From the sequence record PV662128.1: a stretch of 64,000 nucleotides of DNA; one strand, given 5' to 3'. The translations under genes and the position numbers were made by a program. The notes below the pieces were generated by a model, which was given only the letters and a program-made list of their open reading frames with translations, was not told the origin of the DNA and made no database searches. Positions within the stretch are counted from its first letter, which is position 1; each line of letters begins with the position of its first letter. This document shows positions 17,591 through 27,189 of the stretch, piece after piece.

Positions 17591-18928
17591 CTATTCGGTA
17601 ATAATCCCGTCTTTAATAAACTGGGCCTTGGTCACCATCTGGAACCGAGTTGATCCGACCTGAATGGTTGCGAAGAGAATATTGTCTTTTACCAAACGCT
17701 TAATACCCGTTGGTACCAACCCATCTTCGGTCAAGACTTCTGCTCCGCTGATCAATGTTTGCATAGCGGTAATGAAGTTTGTTGTGGACGTAGACATCCA
17801 CGCAAATTGGGAATCGGTAGAGGGTATGAGCTGATAGTCAGGGTAGAGTTCTTTGATTTTAGTAACCCCGTTAAAGTTGGTTGGTTTACCAGCAAAGCAT
17901 ACTTTAGCGGATTTATAAAGGAAAGGAACGACCTGAGCTGATTTTATGATATTATCGGATGTAAAGCCTATGAGGTATTTCGTCGGATTGGTTAGGAGCT
18001 TTTCGTAGCTCGCGATTGGAGAATACAGTGAACTTCCGTCGGTTTTATTCTCCAGACCTAGTTCGTCCCAATAGGGGATCGCTATGAACTGGGTGGGATT
18101 AAAAAGATCAGGGATGGCGTTCTCCCAATCCTCTTCGGTTTTAGAGGTTAACGCTAAAATAGCGTTAGCTATTTCGGTATAGATTTGATCTTCTTGATCG
18201 TCAGCGTTACCGTAAACCAATACGGTGAAATAAACAGTATTGTGGTTAGCTGTGTTCACCAAGTCGTAGACTTTGAAAGAATAGATGAAGCGAGAACTGT
18301 ACCGATATTCCCCGTTATTCGTTGCTGCCAAAACGCGTTTTTCAATCTCGCTGGGGGTTTCTTGAGCGAGTCGGGTGGCGAGCTGTTGATAATTAAGCGT
18401 GACGAGTTTATCGATTTCGTCGTCCGGGAGTACGAGGATCGGAACAATTTCGCAGTAAGGGTATTCTGCTTCAAAGTAAGCGTTAGCAAACCAGATCTTA
18501 AAATAGACGGTGTCCCCGTTAGTCAGCGTCTGGGTACCCTCAATATGAGAAGGAAGATAAATGACACTATTCGTGACCATCGTTCCTACACCGCTAAATA
18601 CCACTCCAGCGGTAAAATGCGCTTGCACTAACTGCAAGCATGCTGTACTATCGTTAGTTAATACCCCGGCCACCGCCTGTTGATATAGCCACTGAGCGAT
18701 GTCCAGCTGTTTGTTTTTTGTTTCGTCCGGCATGATTTCTGCAACATCATCCTTCACGCCATAAAAATTAATTAAGGTGGGGATGCGATCATCGCTGCGA
18801 TAGAAACCCGGATCTTTCGAATACGCTCTCGTTTTGCTAGACAGCTCCCCTAACGGGGAAACCACTTTCTCGTGGTTATCACTTAGCGCTGCAATAGCAC
18901 TAAATGAAAGGTATGAATATTTGCTCAT
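17591..18928 (-). CDS. probable virion structural protein (phiKZ-like core)
   Basis: 445 aa; position in the RecA / RNAP beta-C block matches remembered phiKZ-type synteny (inference). Confidence 0.6.
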   Translation of the reverse strand: MSKYSYLSFSAIAALSDNHEKVVSPLGELSSKTRAYSKDPGFYRSDDRIPTLINFYGVKDDVAEIMPDETKNKQLDIAQWLYQQAVAGVLTNDSTACLQLVQAHFTAGVVFSGVGTMVTNSVIYLPSHIEGTQTLTNGDTVYFKIWFANAYFEAEYPYCEIVPILVLPDDEIDKLVTLNYQQLATRLAQETPSEIEKRVLAATNNGEYRYSSRFIYSFKVYDLVNTANHNTVYFTVLVYGNADDQEDQIYTEIANAILALTSKTEEDWENAIPDLFNPTQFIAIPYWDELGLENKTDGSSLYSPIASYEKLLTNPTKYLIGFTSDNIIKSAQVVPFLYKSAKVCFAGKPTNFNGVTKIKELYPDYQLIPSTDSQFAWMSTSTTNFITAMQTLISGAEVLTEDGLVPTGIKRLVKDNILFATIQVGSTRFQMVTKAQFIKDGIITE

Positions 18929-18948
18929 AATGTCGTCCGTTAAGGAAA

Positions 18949-19359
18949 GTGAAAATGTTTCCCATAGCCAAAGAACTGGTGGATAGGTTCATAGAATGGC
19001 TCCTCAGGCGAGCGTCTGGGGAGACTTTAGAAGAAAAACAGAACTCGGCTATTCGGCATATTTCCTACGTCGCCGGGGGATTGTTGTGGGCGGTTTTGAC
19101 CCTCGTCGTCATTGATATTAACTTATCTTTACGTATACACGCCACCGAAGGTGCGGCTGCTGCGGTTAACAAAATGTTCTCTACGGATAAGAACCCTATA
19201 GACGAGCTGATTAAAATCAACCGCACATTAAGCGATAGAGTGGAATCTCTGCGAGAAGAAAATATTCTTTTGATTAAGGACAATTTACACCTGTTGGATC
19301 AAACCAAAATCATGGAAGATGTTATAAAAACCTGCAAGAAACCATCATCCAGAAAATAG
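18949..19359 (+). CDS. membrane-anchored coiled-coil protein
   Basis: One TM segment (YVAGGLLWAVLTLVVIDI) followed by heptad-rich helix; ATG at 18955 is an alternative start. Confidence 0.65.
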   Translation: MKMFPIAKELVDRFIEWLLRRASGETLEEKQNSAIRHISYVAGGLLWAVLTLVVIDINLSLRIHATEGAAAAVNKMFSTDKNPIDELIKINRTLSDRVESLREENILLIKDNLHLLDQTKIMEDVIKTCKKPSSRK

Positions 19360-19369
19360 CAATATTTTT

Positions 19370-19403
19370 ATACTAGGGATCCCAAATATGGGATCCCTAG
19401 TAT
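19370..19403 (+). terminator. perfect hairpin
   Basis: ATACTAGGGATCCCA-AATA-TGGGATCCCTAGTAT, 15-bp stem. Confidence 0.7.
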
Positions 19404-19428
19404 TACACCATGACAAAGGCCTTGAACT

Positions 19429-20919
19429 ATGTCTGAGATTAATCTCGTTTATTATTTAGTGAGTCGAAAAGTAGAAGGTAAGAAAACAGAAAGGGCTTGC
19501 GCGGGCGCTTTCGGTTACTCTTACGACGTATCCGTGGTAGGTAAGAAAAAGTTACAAAAAGACGTCCCGACTACCGTAGGGTTTTATGTCGGAAATACGA
19601 CGAACAATGGAACTGTGGTAGAACCGATTGATTCCCTCTCTGTGGTTGTTTCAGATAGAGCTCTGGAAATAGAAGCCCAGCTGGACTTGCTCAAAGTTAT
19701 TCTGGAAGACGCTGTAGAACATGAGGATGTTAAGAACATCGGGTTAATTGGGAAATACCCGATGCTCGAAAAGCTTCTTACAGTGGACCCTTCCAAAATC
19801 GTAGAAAAGGAATATAAGTTAGGTAAAACGGAATTTAATAAAGAGGCGGTTAAATCTCTTACAGATATCCAAGCTCTTATGGATAAACTAAAGGGAAGAA
19901 GTAAACTCATCTTTAACTTTACACTAAGTGTTGAAGGCGGGATGGGTCCTAAGATGGCGTGGCAGTCGGCTGGTATCGCCGAGGTAGAAACAGTTTGGGG
20001 AATGGAGCCCATAGCGGCTTTATACCGTCAACCGATGAAAACTTTCCTTAATCCGGAGAGTGACTTTAACCGTATCATTTGTGGCAGTCGATGGTATTTT
20101 AACACTGGCGAAGGTAATGACTTCTATGAGCTAAAAGAAGGCTACCGCCGGTATGGTTTCGGTAAAGTCGAGAAAGATAAGAAGTATTACGGTAAGCTCA
20201 CTCCAGATGTGACTTATTCCTCTTTCTACACACAGACCCCGATAGCGCTGTTGGACAAGCTTTATGATTATACCGAGAAAAGAACACATAACCCTAAAGG
20301 CTTGATGCTAGCCGGGAACATGCAATTCGTCAAATCTAAGGAAATAGCCAGGCTTATCGATAACTGCCCTGGGGTAGTGAGAGAAAAGGACTTGATAGTT
20401 CCGTTTAGGATGGGTTCTCAGGACGAACCTACTTTGGTAGAGTTAATTGACCCACCTGGACTCACTTACCGTATTTCTGACGTCATGGAAGAACACGACA
20501 TTATCTTACATAGTTTCTTAAATAAAGATGAGTTCAATAAATTCGGGGAATATCAAAAGTTCTACGATATAACGAATATCATTTTTGAGAAACTCCCAAA
20601 TAAAAAAGGGGAGATAAAGTTAAAGCTTCAGCCAGACTTCACTCAAAACACGCAAACGTTTAAAGTCAACGTAGAGCACCGAAAAGCAGTTAAAGCGGTG
20701 CCTGTGACGTTAAGCGTCGGATTTGATTTACCAGAGCGGAACGCGCTTAACTCAGTAAAAGATCCCGACGTTCAAGTTTGGGTTAACATTGACGAAGCCA
20801 ACGACGGATGTTTGATCTACCGCATCATTGTTAAAGCGGAAGACTGGATTTACGTACATGCGTCTGGGTGCGCCAATGTAAGGGTGTTGAATAAAGCCGA
20901 GCTAGGCAGAAAAGATTAA
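19429..20919 (+). CDS. conserved phiKZ-like core protein, syntenic with the annotated RNase H-like gene
   Basis: 496 aa in the expected position; canonical RNase HI acidic motifs not visible, so function is uncertain. Confidence 0.45.
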   Translation: MSEINLVYYLVSRKVEGKKTERACAGAFGYSYDVSVVGKKKLQKDVPTTVGFYVGNTTNNGTVVEPIDSLSVVVSDRALEIEAQLDLLKVILEDAVEHEDVKNIGLIGKYPMLEKLLTVDPSKIVEKEYKLGKTEFNKEAVKSLTDIQALMDKLKGRSKLIFNFTLSVEGGMGPKMAWQSAGIAEVETVWGMEPIAALYRQPMKTFLNPESDFNRIICGSRWYFNTGEGNDFYELKEGYRRYGFGKVEKDKKYYGKLTPDVTYSSFYTQTPIALLDKLYDYTEKRTHNPKGLMLAGNMQFVKSKEIARLIDNCPGVVREKDLIVPFRMGSQDEPTLVELIDPPGLTYRISDVMEEHDIILHSFLNKDEFNKFGEYQKFYDITNIIFEKLPNKKGEIKLKLQPDFTQNTQTFKVNVEHRKAVKAVPVTLSVGFDLPERNALNSVKDPDVQVWVNIDEANDGCLIYRIIVKAEDWIYVHASGCANVRVLNKAELGRKD

Positions 20920-20927
20920 CTTGGTTG

Positions 20928-20967
20928 AATATAACAGTTAGGGTCGTGAGACCCTAACTGTTATATT
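20928..20967. terminator. bidirectional terminator hairpin
   Basis: 18-bp perfect stem AATATAACAGTTAGGGTC / GACCCTAACTGTTATATT, GTGA loop, between convergent genes. Confidence 0.85.
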
Positions 20968-20969
20968 AT

Positions 20970-21767
20970 TTATTTTAATTTACCCAGTTCTGCTGTTTGA
21001 GATTCAAAAACAGCAGTCAACTCATTTAAGAGAACCAATCCAGCTCCAGTAACATTAATCAACGTGTTGTACGTATTAATGGTATCTTGGAGTGTTTTTA
21101 AACTATCTTTGTCGAAGATCAACTGAGACGTTTTGATCTTGTCAACGATGATGTTTCCCAGGTGATAAACTTCGTCAATCCGATCAGCGAGAGAACGGAT
21201 ATCTGAGGACTTAATACCTGACACCGCCCCGTTGAAATGCTCTACGGTATCGTAGAACGATTTGAACGAATCGTAAAACTGATTAAGACGATGGTGGGTA
21301 TTACGAGAAGACTGAATCCCTTCCATAAAGGACTGCAGGTCGTTGGCCAGTGTATCCGTCTTACTGACACTGAACCAGAACGAAGAACCGACAGTACCTG
21401 TCTTAGCAACATCTTTCAGCCACTTGTAAATTCGGCCGGATTCTGTTAAGGCGGTAGAAAGCAGCAGAGCGGTGGAAGAAACCATTTTAACGTAATAGCC
21501 CCATTCAGTCTTCTCCGGGTTAAAATAAGCCGGGCCGGTCAAAGGAACCATTGTATGTTTAAAGTAATTTACTGCGGCGAGGTGTTTGGCTGTCTTGCCG
21601 TAATCGATGGTGTGGGCCGATGATTTAAGTTGACGAAACGCCTCTTTAAATCCACGTGATATTTCGGTCATTTTAAGTGAAAGAGACTCACCGACTGAAA
21701 GTTTTTCAGAACCGTCTATACCGAAAATAACAGGTTGCTTAACCTGTTCGATAAAACTGTTATTCAT
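20970..21767 (-). CDS. probable virion structural protein
   Basis: 265-aa helical protein divergent from the RecA-like gene, as in phiKZ-type genomes (synteny inference). Confidence 0.55.
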   Translation of the reverse strand: MNNSFIEQVKQPVIFGIDGSEKLSVGESLSLKMTEISRGFKEAFRQLKSSAHTIDYGKTAKHLAAVNYFKHTMVPLTGPAYFNPEKTEWGYYVKMVSSTALLLSTALTESGRIYKWLKDVAKTGTVGSSFWFSVSKTDTLANDLQSFMEGIQSSRNTHHRLNQFYDSFKSFYDTVEHFNGAVSGIKSSDIRSLADRIDEVYHLGNIIVDKIKTSQLIFDKDSLKTLQDTINTYNTLINVTGAGLVLLNELTAVFESQTAELGKLK

Positions 21768-21826
21768 TACTGGCGCTCCGTATTATTAGGTCAATAGCGT
21801 TTTTCATAGAATCCAAGAGGTAAACG

Positions 21827-23281
21827 ATGAGTACCCCTTTTCAATTTTTACAAAATGTAAAAAGCAGCCCGATGGTTCACATCGGCTTTAATTATAGTCC
21901 GCTTTTTGACATGATCAATGGCCGATTCTTTAAGGGATACGACGAACAGTATTACCTGAACGGCGGGATCATGGACAACAACGCCACGGTAGGAGGAAGC
22001 AACACACAGAAAACCGGACAGTTGGTATTCGCCTGCCGTCGTTTCCTGCAACGTTTCCCTATGGGGGTAATCATCTATGTTGACAGCGAGTCCACATTAG
22101 ATATTGGTCGACTGGCCGATGCTGTCGATGCCGATTTCGGTGTTCCTGGATACTTCTACGATGAGATCTTCGACAAACGGTTCATCTATAAAACGAGCAA
22201 AGATGAATTCGATGGTACCGCTTTCCACAATCTCATCAAAGACGCTTACGCTAACTTCAAGGATAACAAAGATAACCCGGACATGTATGTCCAGACTCCA
22301 TTCCTGGATAAAGAAAATAAACGGATCAAATGCATTGCACCGATCATGGTTATCTGTGATTCTTTAAGCGATCTTCGTTTCACCGAAGCTTCTGCCAAAT
22401 TCACCGAAGGTGATGTGGATGAAGGTGGTAAGAAACGTACTCGTGATATGGAGTTCGGTAACCTCAAACGCGTCGTCTTTGAAGACTCCAGCAACCTGGG
22501 TGGTATCGCCGGGCTCAGACTATGGTGGGTGGGTCAGATCGCCGACATGATTAACATGGACGGTAAGCCGATGGAGAAACAGTCCACCTTCATTCGTCCG
22601 GGTAAGAAGATCGCTAAGTGCCCTAAAGCGATTCTCCAGTTACCGAGTATCGGCTATGAGATCATTAAGGGCAGTGGGCTGAAAGTCGATCAAGAATGGA
22701 TGTACCCGAACCCATTCGGTCGCGACGTTGTTATTGATGCTGATGCACGGGAAAACCCGGACCTCTTACTTTACAGTTTCACAATGTATCGTAATAAGGG
22801 CGGGAGTTCCGGACTGCAATGTTCTTTCATTGGTTCTCAGTCAGACGGAATTCAGGAAGGACTGAGTATGTATCACACCATTAAAACCGACGGCTATTTC
22901 GGTTTAAGTGTGGGTAGTAAAGTCAGTCACGCCTGTGACCTCATACCGGACCTTAAGGTTGGTCGAACCACCATTCGTAAGATCGTCAACGAGAACCACC
23001 AATTCTACAGGGCGATTACTATCTGTTACCAGATGTGGTTCATGCAGAACTATTGGATGCGTCTGGATCACAAATACCGCATGACGCCTGCCGAATTATA
23101 TGCGAAGGTGGCTGAAGCCGGTTATGACTGGGCGGAGTTATTGGAAAACTCCGTTGATTACTGGCATCTCAACCCGGACATCAAGAAACATACTCTGACC
23201 ACTATGCAGCTGTTGGCTGTTGCGTGTGGCGAAGGTTCTATTCCGTGGGCTTCTAATCGTTTATTAAAGCAAGCGGCATAA
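21827..23281 (+). CDS. RecA/UvsX-like recombinase
   Basis: Variant Walker A GGSNTQKT, IYVDSEST, Walker B IMVICDSLS, and the later MYRNKGG strand; GAGG upstream. Confidence 0.75.
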   Translation: MSTPFQFLQNVKSSPMVHIGFNYSPLFDMINGRFFKGYDEQYYLNGGIMDNNATVGGSNTQKTGQLVFACRRFLQRFPMGVIIYVDSESTLDIGRLADAVDADFGVPGYFYDEIFDKRFIYKTSKDEFDGTAFHNLIKDAYANFKDNKDNPDMYVQTPFLDKENKRIKCIAPIMVICDSLSDLRFTEASAKFTEGDVDEGGKKRTRDMEFGNLKRVVFEDSSNLGGIAGLRLWWVGQIADMINMDGKPMEKQSTFIRPGKKIAKCPKAILQLPSIGYEIIKGSGLKVDQEWMYPNPFGRDVVIDADARENPDLLLYSFTMYRNKGGSSGLQCSFIGSQSDGIQEGLSMYHTIKTDGYFGLSVGSKVSHACDLIPDLKVGRTTIRKIVNENHQFYRAITICYQMWFMQNYWMRLDHKYRMTPAELYAKVAEAGYDWAELLENSVDYWHLNPDIKKHTLTTMQLLAVACGEGSIPWASNRLLKQAA

Positions 23282-23287
23282 TTTGAA

Positions 23288-23305
23288 GGGGAGGGAGACC
23301 TCCCC
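23288..23305 (+). terminator. short hairpin terminator
   Basis: GGGGAGG-GAGA-CCTCCCC followed by CTACTTTT. Confidence 0.6.
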
Positions 23306-23336
23306 CTACTTTTATTATTTAAGGATTATTAGGGTT

Positions 23337-23705
23337 ATGATTAAACCAGAACTAACCATTTTGATTGTCTCGGATTCTAACTTTAAGAATCTTTGTGATG
23401 ACCCGACGAGTTATGTCGAAAAGCTCTACGGGATCTTAAACAATCGGTATAAGGTTCCTATCAAGATCATTACGGTCAGTGGTCGTTACGGACTCAGCGC
23501 AATCGATAGTAACATTGAGACGCTCGATGTTGAGGATCGCAATAAGACGCTGTTCACCCAAACTATCGAGAACCACGCTGCGGTATTTGACGAACTGCAG
23601 ATCATTTCTTTAAGTAACATCGTGGATCCCTTTATCGAAGGTGTAGCGGATACCATGAGTGCGTTACAAAAGAACATTACTCGTTATTCGTACAAACGTA
23701 AGTAG
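23337..23705 (+). CDS. hypothetical protein
   Basis: ATG 23337 (MIKPEL) after AGGG; track start 23283 runs through the hairpin. Confidence 0.7.
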   Translation: MIKPELTILIVSDSNFKNLCDDPTSYVEKLYGILNNRYKVPIKIITVSGRYGLSAIDSNIETLDVEDRNKTLFTQTIENHAAVFDELQIISLSNIVDPFIEGVADTMSALQKNITRYSYKRK

Positions 23706-23711
23706 GTTAAC

Positions 23712-24386
23712 ATGGGTAACAGAAAAGCTGCCGAAGACGTTATTTTGGATTTCGTGGGTAAACTCACTAAAGGTGGGTTTAACCTGAAGGTCTATACCGA
23801 CCTTTTTAAAAACATGAACGACGCTCAGTTTGAACAGTTCATCGATAAGATCGATAAACAAGGCGGTATGCCGCTATGGACATCCAACTGGGATAAGAAC
23901 GAGCACATCGAATACGACGCCGTCCTCGGCCTCGCCAAAGAATACGGAGTAGAACTCGAGACCCAGCTCATTATCACCGATGAAGATACTGGGGTTGAGC
24001 TCATTACCCCAGAAACGTATTTGGTTGGGATAGCCGAGATCCGTAAACAGCGTCAGATGCTCGTTAAAAAGTTTGGTGCCGCTAAAGACGATACCAGCAC
24101 CGACGACTTAACGGGTCAGGTCGTTGGGGATAGCCGAGGAACAGGTATTTCCTCTCCGGAAATTAAGATCCTTATGGCGCTCGGACTCAACACCGTCGCA
24201 AAAGAAATCTACGATGTCAAAGGCGGTGATGAAAAGGCATTGGAAGTTTATAGAACAGAGCTCATGGAGACTGGATCGACTAACGTCAATAATGCCTTGA
24301 AGCGGGGCAGTGGTGTCAAATCCCTTCAGACCACCCACTATCTGTTTAACGCCAGACACATCGAAAACAATATCGATAAGAGGTAA
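23712..24386 (+). CDS. virion RNA polymerase beta subunit, C-terminal part (phiKZ gp149-like)
   Basis: RQMLVKK...DDLTGQVVGDSRGTGISSPEIKILMALGLNTVAKEIYDVKGGD aligns by eye with RpoB C-terminus HLVDDK...[44 protein letters not shown]. Confidence 0.82.
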   Translation: MGNRKAAEDVILDFVGKLTKGGFNLKVYTDLFKNMNDAQFEQFIDKIDKQGGMPLWTSNWDKNEHIEYDAVLGLAKEYGVELETQLIITDEDTGVELITPETYLVGIAEIRKQRQMLVKKFGAAKDDTSTDDLTGQVVGDSRGTGISSPEIKILMALGLNTVAKEIYDVKGGDEKALEVYRTELMETGSTNVNNALKRGSGVKSLQTTHYLFNARHIENNIDKR

Positions 24387-24388
24387 CG

Positions 24389-24817
24389 ATGGAACACATC
24401 AATCGAGCCGTAGAGGTCTGGGCTCAAGAATTTGCAACGCTGGCAGAAATCGACGAGCTCAAAGTTCTCCAAGATGCGATCAGTAATGCGATCATTACGA
24501 AGAGCATCCTTTCTTTTGACGAAGGCGTTTCTGAGCTCGAGCAAAGTTTATCCTCCCAGCCGGAGTACTACGATCAAATCCATGGTGTGATCTTCCGGCT
24601 ATTGGCTGAGGTTCCTTTGGATAAGCTTAAAGCTGAACTTAACGAGATCGTTACGGAAATGAATGAAACCGGGTATTTCAAACACTTACGCCCCACTCTG
24701 GATACGCCGATGGATGTTTTCTGTTTCGTTTTAAAGATCTATTACAAACAGATCGTTGCAGAGCTGGGCCGACACATTCAAATCCCTACGAAGAAAACTC
24801 GCCCAACCAACGTGTAA
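24389..24817 (+). CDS. hypothetical protein
   Basis: 142 aa, GAGG upstream, 2 nt after the previous stop. Confidence 0.75.
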   Translation: MEHINRAVEVWAQEFATLAEIDELKVLQDAISNAIITKSILSFDEGVSELEQSLSSQPEYYDQIHGVIFRLLAEVPLDKLKAELNEIVTEMNETGYFKHLRPTLDTPMDVFCFVLKIYYKQIVAELGRHIQIPTKKTRPTNV

Positions 24818-24826
24818 AGGATTCTC

Positions 24827-25525
24827 ATGAACACGCTTAACGTTTACACCGAACTTGATTCACTTTTTGATTCCCGGCGTGCGACTTTGGAATCGCTCCT
24901 CCCTAGCAATGAAACCTGGGAAGGTGTTTACGCCAAGCAGTATAAAGAACGTAAGCTGGATCTATTCGAACGAAAAGAACTCGGGATAACCCAATCCATT
25001 TACGAACAGGCTTACAATAATCGAGACCTGTCTTTATTCACCAACATCAAACCGACGCAAGTACTGAGCAAACTCCTGCTGTTGATACTGGATAGTGAAC
25101 AACTGGTCGGGAAACCCATCGCCTTAAACGTCGTCAACATCACCATCAATCTTTATCCCTATGATCTCGACGAAGATTTGGTTAACGAGCTAGAAAAGAA
25201 TATCAAACAAGCTTTGGTTTTCAAAAATGAACTCACTTTTGTTTCCAAATCTCCCACCGATCTCGACGCAAGGTATTTCAAAAACTTCGATAATGTTTTT
25301 AAATATGACATCTTGATCGGTAAGGACTCTAAAACGTTCATGGAATCCTTAGCGAGTTGCCCTATTAAAGATACGAAGTTCTTCGTCCCGGATCTTTACG
25401 TTAAGCAACCGGACAATGGGATTGTTTGTTCTCCTGAAGAACTCGTTGAAAGTTTTAGTGTGGTGCTCGCGCCGGCGCTTACGTTACTTTGCATACGACA
25501 CAGCGTCTATGATTACATGGAATAA
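24827..25525 (+). CDS. hypothetical protein (phiKZ-like core)
   Basis: 232 aa, AAGGA upstream. Confidence 0.75.
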   Translation: MNTLNVYTELDSLFDSRRATLESLLPSNETWEGVYAKQYKERKLDLFERKELGITQSIYEQAYNNRDLSLFTNIKPTQVLSKLLLLILDSEQLVGKPIALNVVNITINLYPYDLDEDLVNELEKNIKQALVFKNELTFVSKSPTDLDARYFKNFDNVFKYDILIGKDSKTFMESLASCPIKDTKFFVPDLYVKQPDNGIVCSPEELVESFSVVLAPALTLLCIRHSVYDYME

Positions 25526-25528
25526 CAG

Positions 25529-25551
25529 GAGAGAGGGCATTGCCCTCTCTC
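25529..25551. terminator. bidirectional terminator hairpin
   Basis: GAGAGAGGGCA-T-TGCCCTCTCTC between convergent genes. Confidence 0.7.
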
Positions 25552-25558
25552 TCATTTT

Positions 25559-26053
25559 TTATACTGAGGGTTTTACAATTTCACCTTCAAAGTCAACCGA
25601 TATGGCGCCCATATCGAGTTCTTTATCTTTAATCCTGCCGATATCAGCAAGTTGAGAAAGCGGGACGTTAGGATCGAGAAAGGTCGGTTGTCCTGGTGCG
25701 AAACTAGGAAGTTTTAGTTCACCAGTACTTAACGACTGGAGTGCGTCGACCATTTGTTTGAATGAAACTTTATTGTCTTCATTCTCTTTTTTCTTCGCGC
25801 GTTCTTTTCTGTCATCTCGAACTGATTTTTCCAACTGAGTTAACAAAGAAGAAATCGCTTCCAGTAGTTTAGGATCGCCGGGTTTATTGGAGTAGGCCAT
25901 AGAGGCAATATCCAGTATCATACTACGGTGTGACTGCACCGCCTGAATGAGCTGGGTCTGTTCAATATCTTCGTCAGTCGGATGGAGAGCGGCATTGATT
26001 GCAGACATCACCTTTTCTATCCGTATCTGAACGGGTGCTTTTTCGTCCATCAT
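25559..26053 (-). CDS. hypothetical helical protein
   Basis: 164 aa with a charged coiled-coil segment. Confidence 0.7.
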   Translation of the reverse strand: MMDEKAPVQIRIEKVMSAINAALHPTDEDIEQTQLIQAVQSHRSMILDIASMAYSNKPGDPKLLEAISSLLTQLEKSVRDDRKERAKKKENEDNKVSFKQMVDALQSLSTGELKLPSFAPGQPTFLDPNVPLSQLADIGRIKDKELDMGAISVDFEGEIVKPSV

Positions 26054-26123
26054 AATTTTTTAAACCTACATTATTAAAGTAGTGGAATAAATAAAATGTT
26101 TTTAGCCCTTAGGGAACGTTAAC

Positions 26124-26717
26124 ATGCTTAAGAAATTTTTCAACTGGCTGGGGTTTAAAAGCAAATCGATAGGTAAGGCAGATACCCCGTTAGACGTCAT
26201 AGAACGCATCAGGGAAGGCTTTCTTCCTAAGAACATGCGAAGCTTAGATAAACCTTTGTCTCTTCTATACGATTTAATTAAGACGCTTCCTGAGCTGGAA
26301 TACAATGATTATAAAAAGTTACAGCGTAACACAGTTAAGGTTAGATCGCTGAGTTCGTTAGACATGTTCCATCTTTTAAAATCATCGGTTTTATCCAACC
26401 AAGCAGAATATATGGATGCTGTGCAACGTTTAAATAGCGTGGGTACTGAAAGGCCCTTTCTTCATTGGTACTCTGGAGAGGAAAGCGCTATCGCACTTAA
26501 CGAATTGTTTTTAAAACTTCTACCTAAAATAATCCTTTTCCACCAACTTAACAACCAGAGTACATTTCAACAGAATGAAGATATAACCGGATTTACGAAT
26601 ATCGAGATCCGGTTCTTTAGTTCTGTTCAGCTAAGGTATATGGTCGAAGACTATATCAGCATGTTGGAAGTGCTACTCTCACATCATTTTGGAGGCTCGG
26701 TTGAAGAAGCCCATTAA
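26124..26717 (+). CDS. hypothetical protein
   Basis: 197 aa, AGGGA upstream. Confidence 0.75.
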   Translation: MLKKFFNWLGFKSKSIGKADTPLDVIERIREGFLPKNMRSLDKPLSLLYDLIKTLPELEYNDYKKLQRNTVKVRSLSSLDMFHLLKSSVLSNQAEYMDAVQRLNSVGTERPFLHWYSGEESAIALNELFLKLLPKIILFHQLNNQSTFQQNEDITGFTNIEIRFFSSVQLRYMVEDYISMLEVLLSHHFGGSVEEAH

Positions 26718-27117
26718 ACATCCCGTAGAACTTGAAATCTCTAAGCTGTCCAATAACTCATGCGCCGACAGTGATTTAGCTGACGAACCCGCAAGGTTAT
26801 TCCGTAAGCTTTTACGTAAACTCAACATGAATGTTGACAAGCTCTGCTTGCTTATGAACGAGTATGTCAAGTGGACCGTCACTGGCGAAGACGAGGCGGA
26901 GATTAAGAAAAGACGATCTTACACGATGGGGAATATTAAAGACACTTACTTTAAGAACCCCACGTTAACCTTCAGTAAACTCATCGAGGGATTAAGTATT
27001 ATCCGGATGAGTAAAGTGGAGGTCATCCTACGAGTCTATGATAAGAAAGGTAATGTGACCGAGGTCTCAGAAACAGTGAGAATCATCAGTAGCCCCGACG
27101 ATAAAAAAGACGATTAA
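26689..27117 (+). CDS. hypothetical protein
   Basis: 142-aa ORF overlapping the previous gene; start codon uncertain (TTG). Confidence 0.6.
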   Translation: MEARLKKPIKHPVELEISKLSNNSCADSDLADEPARLFRKLLRKLNMNVDKLCLLMNEYVKWTVTGEDEAEIKKRRSYTMGNIKDTYFKNPTLTFSKLIEGLSIIRMSKVEVILRVYDKKGNVTEVSETVRIISSPDDKKDD

Positions 27118-27129
27118 TCTTATAGCCCG

Positions 27130-27157
27130 AATACTCCTACCTTAGGGTAGGAGTATT
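27130..27157 (+). terminator. hairpin terminator (ACTCCTAC family)
   Basis: AATACTCCTACC-TTAG-GGTAGGAGTATT. Confidence 0.8.
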
Positions 27158-27189
27158 TAACCCTATTATTTATTTTTTAGGATATCGCC

